Of a DNA stretch of 64,000 nucleotides, positions 12,514 to 21,684 are shown piece after piece. The notes under the pieces are model-generated. The model worked only from the letters and a program-made list of their open reading frames with translations, did no database searches and was not told where the DNA came from. This DNA comes from an uncultured Acidimicrobiales bacterium (lineage in GTDB: Bacteria > Actinomycetota > Acidimicrobiia > Acidimicrobiales > SHLQ01), in contig CALHYX010000042.1 in NCBI GenBank assembly GCA_938041035.1, forward strand, positions 2,731 to 66,730, given 5' to 3'. The stretch's first letter is position 1. Each line of letters opens with the position of its first letter. The translations under genes and the position numbers were made by a program.

Positions 12514-12648
12514 AGCCGCCAGCCTCCCCCGCCTCCACGCGGGCGAAAGAGCAGGAAATTCGCGAAACGCGTCCCCCCTCGCCGCGCCCTGCGGCGTGTG
12601 ACCACCGACGACCACCGGTCGTCATCGGTCGCACACGAGGGGTGTTTC

Positions 12649-15570
12649 ATGTTCCAGAAATACAGGCTCCAGAAGCACAGTTTCCAGAAGTTCGGATTCC
12701 AGAAGATCGTTGCCGCGGTGCTGGCCGTCACCGTCGGGCTCGCGGGACTGGTCACGATCGCGCCCGAGGCGGAGGCCTGGAAGCCCTACACGCACGTCGA
12801 CAGCGCGGAGTCGGCGTACTTCGACGCGATCGCCGACGGCCAGATCACCATCAACGGCAGGAACTACCCGGTCGACCCCAGGGTGGTCACCGCACTGCGC
12901 AACCACCCTGCCCACTACAACGCGGGTGTGGTCGGGCCCGACGCCTTCCCCGACCTGGCCATGGGCCAGAGCGTCATCCATCCCAACGACTCCGGCGCCT
13001 GGATGACCTGGGTGCTCGAAAAGGCGTGGGGGGCCCAGAACCAGAACTACACCGCGACCGAGAAGCAGCAGATCCTGGCCTTCGCCTACGGGTTCGTAAC
13101 CCACGCGGCGGGCGATGTCTGGGCCCACACGTTCGTGAACCAGTTCGCCGAGGGCATCTTTCCCGGCATCGGCGACCTCGTCAGCCAACCGACCCAGGCG
13201 GCGATCGCCCTGCGCCACGTGGTCGTCGAGGCCTACGTCGGCGACGCCACGCCCGGCTTCGACGGCAATCCCAACCGCACGGTCATCTCCGCGAGCCAAA
13301 ACGACCACAACCGCACCACGGTCAGCGACGATTCCACCCCCGACATCGATTTCGCCGCACCGCCCGACAACTTCATCTGGGAGACCTTCATCGAGCGACC
13401 CAAATCGGGGCGCCACTACGTGAACCAGCCGATGCCCGGCCAGCCGTCCGGCGATCGCGGTGTCGTGATCGATGCGTTCTACGCCCTGCACAACCAGCTC
13501 ATCGACTACGGCGCACCGAACTACCCGTCGACCAGCGATGCCGTCGCCTGCGTCGTCGGCATGGCGTCGTCCTTCCCGCCCGTCCAGGCCGCCGCCTACC
13601 TCGGCCCGTGCGACAAGAAGTCCCCGCTGACCCAGGTGCGCCGCGCCTACGCCGGACGCTGGGCGGCCGACGTCGAGGAAGGCCTGCAGAAGTGGGGCGA
13701 GATCGGCATGAGCTTCGCCGTGATGTTCGACCCCGGTGCGCGCCGCGCCGCTCAGGACCACGAGTGTCGCGAGATGGGCAGCGACTACTCAAGCGTCGCC
13801 CGCCGCAACTGTGAGGATGCGATCGGCATCATCGATACCGGCACCTGGTACGCCGACCAGAACAACCTGTGGACGACCAACGGACCGGAGCTGGCCTCGA
13901 TGCTCGGCGCGCCGGAATGGGTCCTCGGTAGCTATGCCGAACTCGAACGGTTCTTCGGCCGGCTCGATCGGATCATCAACATCCCCAACCCGCTGCGCGA
14001 ACCCGTCGCCCGGGCCAAGGAGGGCCTGAAGCAGTATCTGAAGGACGGCGTCTCCGAAGCGCTCGGCTTCGATGTCGACGTGTTCCAACAGGCCCTGCGC
14101 GAACCGGCCACCCTGCTGAACAACGGCGGCAATCTCCCGCCGCAGTTCCGACCACCCGGCGGTCTCTTCGTCGCCGACGCCCTGCCGGACATGGATGCGC
14201 TCATGGGCCTCGGCCCGAACGATCATCTGGCCAACGGGCGACTCGCCGACAACGCGTCGTACGACGAGGACACGTTCGCCGTCGTGAAGAACACGATCAC
14301 CATGTCGAAGCTGGCCCTGCTCAACGGCTCGGCCCTGAACGCCCTCCTGACCAACGAGGTCGGCAGGCCGATCCGCACCTACCGGGACCGCCCCGGTCAA
14401 CCCGACAACATCATGGTGAGAGGCCTCAACGGCCGCAACTGGCTCGAGAGCCTCGATTCCAACCACCAGTGGCGCACAAACGGTCTCCCCATCGGCGACG
14501 AGGGCGGCGGATCCGGCCAGATGCCGATCTGGGAGAGCTGCGTGATGCGCCCTGCGTTCCGGTCGTTGTTCACCGACTGGCAGAACGGCAACCAGAACTT
14601 CCCCGACCTCGGTGATCGGGTCAGCCCCGATCCGTTGAACGACCCGGCCGGACCGTGGGTCCGAGCGACCAAGGTCGGCGATCGCAGCTGGCAGGTCGTC
14701 GCCTACGAGCGGTCGGGGTTCGCCTTCGGCCACGAAGACTTCGAGCTCCGCTATCGCTTCGACGACGGCCCGTGGCAGACCACCGACCACAACTCGGTCA
14801 TCGCCTTCGGCGGGCCCGACGGCGTGCACAAGCTGCACCTGGAGGCCGGCGATCCGTGTCACACCCTCAATCCGGACGACAACCTTCCGACCGCCGGCGT
14901 GCAGACGATTGGGTTCGTCACCGACGCGAGCGCGTCGGAGAGCCCCCCGACGCTCACCAACGTCGAGCCCCGCACCGTCAGCGGGGCGCCGGCGCTGTTG
15001 GTGCGCTGGCTCGACCAGACCGGGGCATCGATGAACGTGTACCGCGACGGCGACTACTACCGCACGCTGCACCCCGGTGACTACGACATCGGTGGCCGCC
15101 ACGCCTACTTCTTCGATACCAACGTGGTGCCCGGACAGACCTACGAGTACCACCTGGTCGCCTTCCAAAAGGGCCAGAACGACTACTCCGATCGGTCGAA
15201 CACGATGAGCGGCACCGCGGGCGGAGGCGATCCCGAGCCGCCGACCGACCCGCCACCGACCGATCCACCACCGACCGACCCGCCAACCGATCCACCCCCG
15301 TCGGACAACCAGGCGCCCACCACGCCGGGCAACGTGCGAGCACTGCGGTACTCGTCGACGGCCGGCGAGGTGCAGTGGGATCGATCCAGTGACCCCGACG
15401 GCCAGGTCGTTGGCTACCGCATCGTCCGCAACGGCACCGACCTCGGCGTCCGCGACGCCCTCAGCATCTACGAAGGCTCGCTCACCTCGGGCACCTACGT
15501 CTATGAGATCACCGCCATCGATGACGAGGGCAAGGCATCCCCCATCGCTCGGGTCACCCTCCAGATCTGA
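12649..15570 (+). CDS. Secreted zinc-dependent phospholipase C/P1-nuclease-fold protein with C-terminal FN3-like domains
   Basis: Signal peptide ending AEA-W; mature WKPYTH, GPDAFPD, IHP, THAAGDVWAH and RHVVVE; PPTD linker; DNQAPTTP...YEITAID FN3 module. GAGGGG RBS before ATG 12649. Confidence 0.75.
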   Translation: MFQKYRLQKHSFQKFGFQKIVAAVLAVTVGLAGLVTIAPEAEAWKPYTHVDSAESAYFDAIADGQITINGRNYPVDPRVVTALRNHPAHYNAGVVGPDAFPDLAMGQSVIHPNDSGAWMTWVLEKAWGAQNQNYTATEKQQILAFAYGFVTHAAGDVWAHTFVNQFAEGIFPGIGDLVSQPTQAAIALRHVVVEAYVGDATPGFDGNPNRTVISASQNDHNRTTVSDDSTPDIDFAAPPDNFIWETFIERPKSGRHYVNQPMPGQPSGDRGVVIDAFYALHNQLIDYGAPNYPSTSDAVACVVGMASSFPPVQAAAYLGPCDKKSPLTQVRRAYAGRWAADVEEGLQKWGEIGMSFAVMFDPGARRAAQDHECREMGSDYSSVARRNCEDAIGIIDTGTWYADQNNLWTTNGPELASMLGAPEWVLGSYAELERFFGRLDRIINIPNPLREPVARAKEGLKQYLKDGVSEALGFDVDVFQQALREPATLLNNGGNLPPQFRPPGGLFVADALPDMDALMGLGPNDHLANGRLADNASYDEDTFAVVKNTITMSKLALLNGSALNALLTNEVGRPIRTYRDRPGQPDNIMVRGLNGRNWLESLDSNHQWRTNGLPIGDEGGGSGQMPIWESCVMRPAFRSLFTDWQNGNQNFPDLGDRVSPDPLNDPAGPWVRATKVGDRSWQVVAYERSGFAFGHEDFELRYRFDDGPWQTTDHNSVIAFGGPDGVHKLHLEAGDPCHTLNPDDNLPTAGVQTIGFVTDASASESPPTLTNVEPRTVSGAPALLVRWLDQTGASMNVYRDGDYYRTLHPGDYDIGGRHAYFFDTNVVPGQTYEYHLVAFQKGQNDYSDRSNTMSGTAGGGDPEPPTDPPPTDPPPTDPPTDPPPSDNQAPTTPGNVRALRYSSTAGEVQWDRSSDPDGQVVGYRIVRNGTDLGVRDALSIYEGSLTSGTYVYEITAIDDEGKASPIARVTLQI
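15235..15300 (+). repeat. Pro/Thr/Asp linker repeats (PPTD, 12-15 bp units)
   Basis: ccg/cca-ccg-acc-gac units repeated about four times. Confidence 0.8.
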
Positions 15571-15680
15571 TCGAGCTCTGCCGCAGCCCCGGGTGCATCT
15601 CCCACCACCCCGGGGCGGCGGCGGAGGATCCACGGCGGCGATACCGGGCGTAGCCCGACCGCCGCCGCTAGGTTCACGCC

Positions 15681-17195
15681 ATGGTCTGGCTCATCGCCCT
15701 CGGCGTCATCGTCGCCCTCCTGGTCCTGCTCGCGATCTACGACGTCACCCAGAAGAAGCGAGCGATCCTCCGCAACTTCCCGATCATTGGTCACCTTCGC
15801 TATCTGCTCGAAGGCCTCGGCCCCGAGCTGCGGCAATACATCGTCACCGACAACGACGAAGAGCGACCGTTCAGCCGTGACCAGCGGCGGGTGGTCTACG
15901 CGTCGGCGAAGATGGAGAACACCTACTTCGGCTTCGGCACCGACAACGCCATCGACACCAACCCCGACTACGTGGTGATCCGGCATTCGGCCTTCCCCCA
16001 CGCGGGGAACCACGACGACAAGCATCGACTCCCGGTGGCCAAGCTGCTCGGCGAGTGGCGCGACCGGCCCCAGACCTTCCGGCCCGAGTCGATCGTGAAC
16101 GTGTCCGCCATGAGCTATGGCTCCCTGAGCGCGCCGGCCATCGAGGCCATCAACCGCGGAGCGGCCATCGCCGGGTTCCTGCACAACACCGGCGAGGGCG
16201 GCATCTCCAGCCACCACCTGCACGGCGGCGATCTCCTGTTCCAGTTCGGTACCGGCTATTTCGGGTGCCGCGACGCCGAGGGGAATTTCGATCTCGACAA
16301 CCTGGTCGCCACGGTGGCCGACAAGCCGGTGCGAGCCATCGAGGTCAAGCTGAGCCAGGGGGCGAAGCCCGGCCTCGGCGGCGTGCTCCCCGCCGAGAAG
16401 GTCACCCCCGAGATCGCCCAGGTCCGCGGGGTGCCGGTCGGCCAGTCGGTTCTCAGCCCGAACAGTCACACTGCGTTTGACGATGTCGCCAGCCTGGTCG
16501 ACTTCGTCGAGGAGATCGCGGTGGCCACCGGGCTCCCGGTCGGCATCAAGTCAGCGGTCGGGCAGATGGGGTTCTGGAACGAGCTGGCCGACCACATGGC
16601 CGCCACGAAGCGAGGCCCGGATTTCATCGCTGTCGACGGCGGCGAGGGCGGCACCGGCGCCGCGCCGCTGGTGTTCTCCGACCATGTGGCGCTGCCGTTC
16701 CGTATCGCCATGTCGTCGGTGTACAAGACGTTCGCCGAACGAGCGCTACACGAGAAGCTGATGTTCGTCGGCTCCGGCAAGCTCGGCTTCGGCCAGGAAG
16801 CGCTGGTCGCTATGGCCCTCGGCGCCGACATGGTGGCGGTCGCGCGCGAGGCCATGTTGGCCATCGGGTGCATCCAGGCCCAGGACTGCCACACCGGGCA
16901 CTGCCCCACCGGCGTCGCCACCCACGGCCGATGGCTCACCCGCGGCCTCGACCCAACGTCGAAGGCCGACCGCATGGCCAACTACATCATGAACCTGCGC
17001 TACGACCTGTTGAAGTTGTCGTGGGCGTGCGGGGTCTCGCATCCGAGTCTGGTGCCGGCCGACACCGTCGCCATGCTCGACACGCCCAGCACCTCGGTAC
17101 CGGTGATCGACAAGTTCGGCCACGACGCGGCCTGGACCGAGGTCGACGACGACCAACGTCGCACCATCGACGAACTCATGGCGTCATTCAGCTGA
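15681..17195 (+). CDS. FMN-binding glutamate synthase family protein
   Basis: SAMSYGSLS, NTGEGG, EVKLSQGAKPG, DGGEGGTGAAP and CIQAQDCHTGHCPTGVAT motifs; N-terminal TM. Confidence 0.93.
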   Translation: MVWLIALGVIVALLVLLAIYDVTQKKRAILRNFPIIGHLRYLLEGLGPELRQYIVTDNDEERPFSRDQRRVVYASAKMENTYFGFGTDNAIDTNPDYVVIRHSAFPHAGNHDDKHRLPVAKLLGEWRDRPQTFRPESIVNVSAMSYGSLSAPAIEAINRGAAIAGFLHNTGEGGISSHHLHGGDLLFQFGTGYFGCRDAEGNFDLDNLVATVADKPVRAIEVKLSQGAKPGLGGVLPAEKVTPEIAQVRGVPVGQSVLSPNSHTAFDDVASLVDFVEEIAVATGLPVGIKSAVGQMGFWNELADHMAATKRGPDFIAVDGGEGGTGAAPLVFSDHVALPFRIAMSSVYKTFAERALHEKLMFVGSGKLGFGQEALVAMALGADMVAVAREAMLAIGCIQAQDCHTGHCPTGVATHGRWLTRGLDPTSKADRMANYIMNLRYDLLKLSWACGVSHPSLVPADTVAMLDTPSTSVPVIDKFGHDAAWTEVDDDQRRTIDELMASFS

Positions 17196-17213
17196 TCGCC
17201 CAGCCGAAAACGA

Positions 17214-17245
17214 CCTCGGGCCCGCTCCGAAGAGCGGACCCGAGG
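17214..17245. terminator. Hairpin between convergent genes (likely bidirectional terminator)
   Basis: CCTCGGG-CCCGCTC-CGAA-GAGCGG-A-CCCGAGG, with GAAAA upstream acting as the U-tract on the minus strand. Confidence 0.65.
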
Positions 17246-17266
17246 CGAAAGTTCTACCGCGTCTGG

Positions 17267-17977
17267 TTAGCGGCGGTTGAGAATCCGCAGCACGTACCAG
17301 AACATGGTCATCACCGAGGAGAACAACGACACCGCGGCGGCGACGTAGGCGTCTCCGGGGTAGCGGCGCACGATGTTCTGCGTTTGGTAGAGGATGGAGA
17401 CACCCATCAGGGCGACCATCGCCACGCTGAACCAGAGGCCCAGGTTGAAGTTGAAGATGACCGCACCGACGATGAGACCGATGGCCACGACGCCACCCCA
17501 CATCAGGATCGGGCGCATCCACGACAGGTCGCTGCGGGTGAAGTAGCCAACCGCCGAGAGTGCGGCGAAGCCGATCGCGGTGATGACCGCGGCGGCCCAG
17601 ACGTTGCCCGAACCCTGGAAGTTGAACGTGTAGTACAGCATCGGGGCGAACAGCAACGAGTACAGCGCGGCCATGCCGAACAACCCGGCGTACTGTTTGC
17701 CCGGGTTGAAGATGTCGGCCGCGGCCTGCGAGGCGATCCAACTGCCGACCATGAAGCCACCGAGGATGATCAGCCAACGGCCGCCCCCTCCGCCTTCGCC
17801 GTAGACGAAGTCAAAGAATCGCTCGGCGATGCCGCTCATGAAGAGCAGGGTCTCAAAGGCGATGAACGCGCCGATGGCCATGGCCAGGTGGCCGTAGACC
17901 TTGGAGATGAACTCCGCCCGATCGGTGTCGGGAAGGTTGATGACGGGCTGGGTCCGAAGAGCATTTGCTTCGGCCAT
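17267..17977 (-). CDS. Bax inhibitor-1/YccA family membrane protein
   Basis: FISKVYGHLA, SDLSWM, ILYQTQNI and YVAAAVSLF motifs; 7 TM. Start ATG 17977. Confidence 0.88.
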   Translation of the reverse strand: MAEANALRTQPVINLPDTDRAEFISKVYGHLAMAIGAFIAFETLLFMSGIAERFFDFVYGEGGGGGRWLIILGGFMVGSWIASQAAADIFNPGKQYAGLFGMAALYSLLFAPMLYYTFNFQGSGNVWAAAVITAIGFAALSAVGYFTRSDLSWMRPILMWGGVVAIGLIVGAVIFNFNLGLWFSVAMVALMGVSILYQTQNIVRRYPGDAYVAAAVSLFSSVMTMFWYVLRILNRR

Positions 17978-18135
17978 GGGTGTCCTTTCTGGTGCGCAGG
18001 CGGCTGCGCATATCCACGAGGTCCATGATACCGCTACCTCGTCACCCCGATACAGCGCACAACCGATCCTCTCTATTCCCACTGTTCAAATGGGCAAAGG
18101 TGGGTTTGGGGTTCGGGCCGTGGCAGGATCGGGCC

Positions 18136-18771
18136 ATGAGCTCCGACAGTCCCGTCCGGTTCACCGTCTGGTCGGACTACCTCTGACCGTGGTGCTACGT
18201 CGGGGCCGTGCGCCTCGATCAACTCAAAGCCTCGGTTGGCGAATCGGTCGAGATCACCTGGAAGTCGTTTCTGCTCCGCCCCCAACCAGAGCCCCGCACG
18301 ATGGAGGCGTTCACGAAGTACACGCGCAGTTGGGAACGTCCCGATGCTGCCGTCGACTCGGTGACCTTCAACCAGTGGAGCGGCGACCACGAGCCCCCGA
18401 GCCACTCGCTACCCACCTCGGTCGCGGGCAAGGTGGCCGAGACCTTCGGCGCCGAGCCATTTCATGCCTTCCACTTCGCGCTGATGAAGGCCTATTTCAC
18501 CGACAACCGCACGGTCTCGGACCGCACCGTCATCCTCGACGTCGCCGCCGAGTCGGGCATCGACCCCGACGAGTTCGCCCGCCGCTTCGACGAACAGACC
18601 CAGAGCTTCACCGAGTCGGTCATCGAGGACCACAACGCCGCCGTCGGCAACGGCCTGGGCGGTGTGCCGGCCGTGCTGGTCAACGACGAGTTCCCGTTCA
18701 CCGGCGCCCAGGAACTCGACTTCTACGAGCGCATCGTCACCACCCTGGCCGAACGCGGGGCGGCCGGTTAG
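18136..18771 (+). CDS. DsbA/FrnE-family oxidoreductase, probable selenoprotein (UPWC redox motif)
   Basis: ATG 18136 gives MSSDSPVRFTVWSDYL-[TGA 18184-18186]-PWCYVGAVRL, in frame with the 18208..18771 ORF (WKSFLL, GVPAV cis-Pro, GAQ). A hairpin follows the TGA. Confidence 0.85.
18199..18219 (+). promoter_or_regulatory. Candidate bacterial SECIS element
   Basis: Stem GTCGGGGC/GCCTCGAT (two G-U pairs) with loop CGTGC, G at loop position 2. The loop starts 20 nt after the in-frame UGA. Confidence 0.65.
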
Positions 18772-18874
18772 CCATCGCCGCCGACCGGCGACCGGGCCGA
18801 AAACGACCGAAGGCCCGGGGCGAACCCCGGACCTCGATCCAAACGCAGGCCTCGGCTGAACCGAGGGAGGCGTT

Positions 18875-19252
18875 CTACTTCAGTTCGACGGAACCGCCGG
18901 CGGCTTCGAGAGCCTCCTTGGCCTTTTCCGCATCTTCCTTCGACACCTTCTCGAGCACTGGGCCCGGGGCGCCTTCGACCAGTTCCTTGGCTTCTTTGAG
19001 GCCCAGGCTGGTGAGGCCACGGACCTCTTTGATGACCTGGATCTTCTTGTCGCCGGCACCGGTCAAGATGACGTCGAATTCGTCCTGCTCTTCAGCAGCG
19101 CCGGCGTCGCCGCCGGCCGGAGCCGCAGCGGCCACGGCGACCGGGGCGGCGGCCGTGACGTCAAAGCGCTCCTTGAAGTCGTCGAGGAGTTCCTTGAACT
19201 CCAGGACCGACATCTGCTCGATGGACTCGAGAATCTCGTCCTTGGTTGCCAT
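18875..19252 (-). CDS. rplL: 50S ribosomal protein L7/L12
   Basis: EFDVIL and [25 protein letters not shown] motifs. Confidence 0.98.
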   Translation of the reverse strand: MATKDEILESIEQMSVLEFKELLDDFKERFDVTAAAPVAVAAAAPAGGDAGAAEEQDEFDVILTGAGDKKIQVIKEVRGLTSLGLKEAKELVEGAPGPVLEKVSKEDAEKAKEALEAAGGSVELK

Positions 19253-19254
19253 GT

Positions 19255-20121
19255 TCAGCTTTCCTCCGTTTGGGAATCTTCACTTGCCGCGTCTGCAGCA
19301 GCGTCTTCGTCGGTTGCTTCTTCCGATGCGTCGTCATCGCCGGCGTCGGAGGCGGCGGCCTCGTCGGTCGACGCCTCGGCGTCTTCAGATCCTTCGGGCT
19401 CGGCGGGGGCTTCCTCGGCCGCAGCCTCTTCAGCTGCCGCTTCCTCGACGGGGGCATCCTCAGCCGGTGCTTCCTCGGCCGCAGCCTCTTCGGCCGGTGC
19501 TTCCTCGGCCGCAGCTTCCTCGGCCGGTGCTTCTTCAGCCGCAGCCTCCTCGGCGGCGGGCGCCGGGGCTTCGCCTTCGGGCAACACGCCCTTGTCGACC
19601 AGTTCCTGCATGGCGTAGCTGAACTCGCGCAGCTTGGAATCGAGCAGACCGGCGAAGTCCTGGAACATCGACTCCATCGCACCGGCGAGCTCGGCCATCA
19701 TCTGCTCGCGCGGCGGCAGGTCGGCGAGGGCGTTGATCTCTTCAACGCTGAGCGGAGCGTCGTCGAGCAGGCCGCCCTTGATCACCAGATGGTCGTTGCC
19801 CTTGGCGAAGTCTCGCAACGCCTTGGAGATGCTTGCGGCATCGCCGGTGCTGCCGTCGGGCCGCGTGCTCACGAAAGCGATCGCCGTCGGCCCGGTGAGC
19901 AGATCGTCGATCTCGAGACCGAGTTCGGCGGCGGCAAAGCGCACCATGGTGTTCTTGTAGACCTTGTACTCGCCGCCCGCCTCGCGCAGCGACTTCCGCA
20001 GTGCGGCCATCGCCGGCACGTCAAGGCCGCGGTACTCGGTCAACACCGCTGCGTTCGAGGCGGACAGCTTGTCCTTAACCTCGGCTACAGCGGCGACCTT
20101 CTCCGGCCGGGGGTTGCTCAT
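19255..20121 (-). CDS. rplJ: 50S ribosomal protein L10 with a long acidic C-terminal tail
   Basis: [24 protein letters not shown] and LADLPPRE motifs; about 100-aa Ala/Glu/Asp tail. Confidence 0.96.
   Translation of the reverse strand: MSNPRPEKVAAVAEVKDKLSASNAAVLTEYRGLDVPAMAALRKSLREAGGEYKVYKNTMVRFAAAELGLEIDDLLTGPTAIAFVSTRPDGSTGDAASISKALRDFAKGNDHLVIKGGLLDDAPLSVEEINALADLPPREQMMAELAGAMESMFQDFAGLLDSKLREFSYAMQELVDKGVLPEGEAPAPAAEEAAAEEAPAEEAAAEEAPAEEAAAEEAPAEDAPVEEAAAEEAAAEEAPAEPEGSEDAEASTDEAAASDAGDDDASEEATDEDAAADAASEDSQTEES
19404..19552 (-). repeat. 15/30-bp tandem repeat encoding ([10 protein letters not shown])n in the rplJ tail
   Basis: ttcctcggccgcagc(c/t)t...cggccggtgc units at 19471, 19501 and 19531, with degenerate flanking copies. 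Confidence 0.85.
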
Positions 20122-20300
20122 AGTGGATCTTTTCGGTCGTCGGGCCCGCCACCGAGATGGTGGTGGGAAAAATGCGTTGGGCGCCCACCAAAGACGGCGG
20201 ACGCCCGAATCTCAGCCCAATCGGACCGGATGTGGCACCTCGCCAGGCGCTCTGCCAGCAGAGCTTTGAGACCGTACGGTCACCGGGTGTCTTCGGTGGA
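20122..20300 (-). ncRNA. Ribosomal protein L10 leader (autoregulatory)
   Basis: Minus strand reads CCGAAGACACCCGGTG...AAAG...CGCCTGGCGAGG upstream of rplJ, matching the CCGAAGAC...CC(U)G(C/G)CGAGG L10-leader pattern. Confidence 0.75.
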
Positions 20301-20360
20301 AGAATGAATTGTGCCGACAGCGTAACGCCGCCGGTGGCGAACGCAACTATCGGGGGAGGA

Positions 20361-21059
20361 CTACTCCTCGGCTGCTGCGGAAATACGGTTGGAGTCGATC
20401 TTGACCCCGGGGCCCATCGTCGACGACAGGCTCACCTTGCGGAAGTATCGGCCCTTGGAGCCGGGGGGCTTGGCCCGGTTGATCTCCTCCATCACCGCGG
20501 CGAGGTTTGCAAGCAACGCAGGGGCGTCGAAGCTCACCTTGCCGACCGGTACGTGAACGTTGCCGAAGCGGTCGGTACGGTATTCGACCTTGCCGCCCTT
20601 GAACTCGCCGACGGCCTTGGCCACATCGGTGGTTACCGTGCCGGTCTTGGGGTTCGGCATCAGGCCACGAGGGCCAAGGGCCCGACCGAGCTTGCCGACC
20701 GTCGGCATCATGTCCGGCGTGGCGATCGCCACGTCGAAGTCCATCATGCCGCCTTCCACCTCGGCGGCGAGATCGTCGGCGCCAACGAAGTCGGCGCCGG
20801 CCTCGCGAGCCGCGGTGGCCGCTTCGCCCTGAGCGAACACGGCGACCTTGACGTCCTTACCCGAGCCGGACGGGAGGCCAACGGTGCCTCGCACCATCTC
20901 CTCGGCCTTGCGGGGGTCCACGCCGAGGCGCAGCGACAGGTCGACACCCTCGTCGAAGTTCTTGTTGGCCAGCGACTTCACCAAGTCGACGGCTTCAGCT
21001 GCGGAGTGCAGGTGTTCCCGGTCGAATCGCTTGGTCGCGTCTTCGTACTTTTTTCCCAT
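20361..21059 (-). CDS. rplA: 50S ribosomal protein L1
   Basis: [23 protein letters not shown] and SSTMGPG motifs; start ATG 21059. Confidence 0.98.
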   Translation of the reverse strand: MGKKYEDATKRFDREHLHSAAEAVDLVKSLANKNFDEGVDLSLRLGVDPRKAEEMVRGTVGLPSGSGKDVKVAVFAQGEAATAAREAGADFVGADDLAAEVEGGMMDFDVAIATPDMMPTVGKLGRALGPRGLMPNPKTGTVTTDVAKAVGEFKGGKVEYRTDRFGNVHVPVGKVSFDAPALLANLAAVMEEINRAKPPGSKGRYFRKVSLSSTMGPGVKIDSNRISAAAEE

Positions 21060-21144
21060 GATTGGTCCCTCGGTGTTGGTTAGGCACGCCCCGGGCGAGG
21101 TTCTCCCGGGTGCATACGACGATTGATGGCGTTGACCCGGTGGG

Positions 21145-21570
21145 TCAGACGACCTCGATACCCATGCTGCGCGCCGTACCGGCGATCTGCAGCTTGGCGT
21201 TGTCGAGGTCGAGCGCGTTGAGGTCGGGCATCTTGATCTCGGCGATCTCGGCGACCTGGGCATCGGTGATCGAGCCTGCGGTTTCACGACCGGGATCGTT
21301 GGCCGCCTTCTCGAGACCCGCCGCCTGGCGGATCAGGAACGACGTGGGGGGCGTCTTGGTGATGAACGAGAAGCTGCGATCTTCAAAGATCGTGATCTCG
21401 ACCGGAACGATCTGCCCACGCTGGGACTCGGTACGGGCGTTGTAGTCCTTGCAGAAATCCATGATCGCCACGCCGTGCGGACCGAGCGCGGTACCGACCG
21501 GAGGACCCGGCGACGCCGAACCCGCAGGAATCTGAATCTTCACAACAGCCGTGACTTGTTTCTTGGCCAT
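21145..21570 (-). CDS. rplK: 50S ribosomal protein L11
   Basis: [15 protein letters not shown] and IAGTARSMG motifs. Confidence 0.98.
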   Translation of the reverse strand: MAKKQVTAVVKIQIPAGSASPGPPVGTALGPHGVAIMDFCKDYNARTESQRGQIVPVEITIFEDRSFSFITKTPPTSFLIRQAAGLEKAANDPGRETAGSITDAQVAEIAEIKMPDLNALDLDNAKLQIAGTARSMGIEVV

Positions 21571-21684
21571 GATTTCCTCACAGAACGTGCCCGCCGAGAT
21601 GGCGGAGCGACGTCATAGTCTGCCGGGCCGCGACCCCGACCTACAACTTGTACGAACCCGGATTCGCGATACCGGGCAAGGCGC

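Noticed and set aside
12541-12572. Possible c-di-GMP-I riboswitch (GGAAA...GCGAAA)
   Set aside because: The required P1/P2 tetraloop-receptor architecture could not be built from the sequence.
18184-18186. Pseudogene or UGA=Trp/Gly code interpretation of the DsbA stop
   Set aside because: TGA terminates many genes in the window. It falls precisely on the catalytic Cys position with an intact downstream frame and a hairpin, so Sec is the better reading, although it is unproven.
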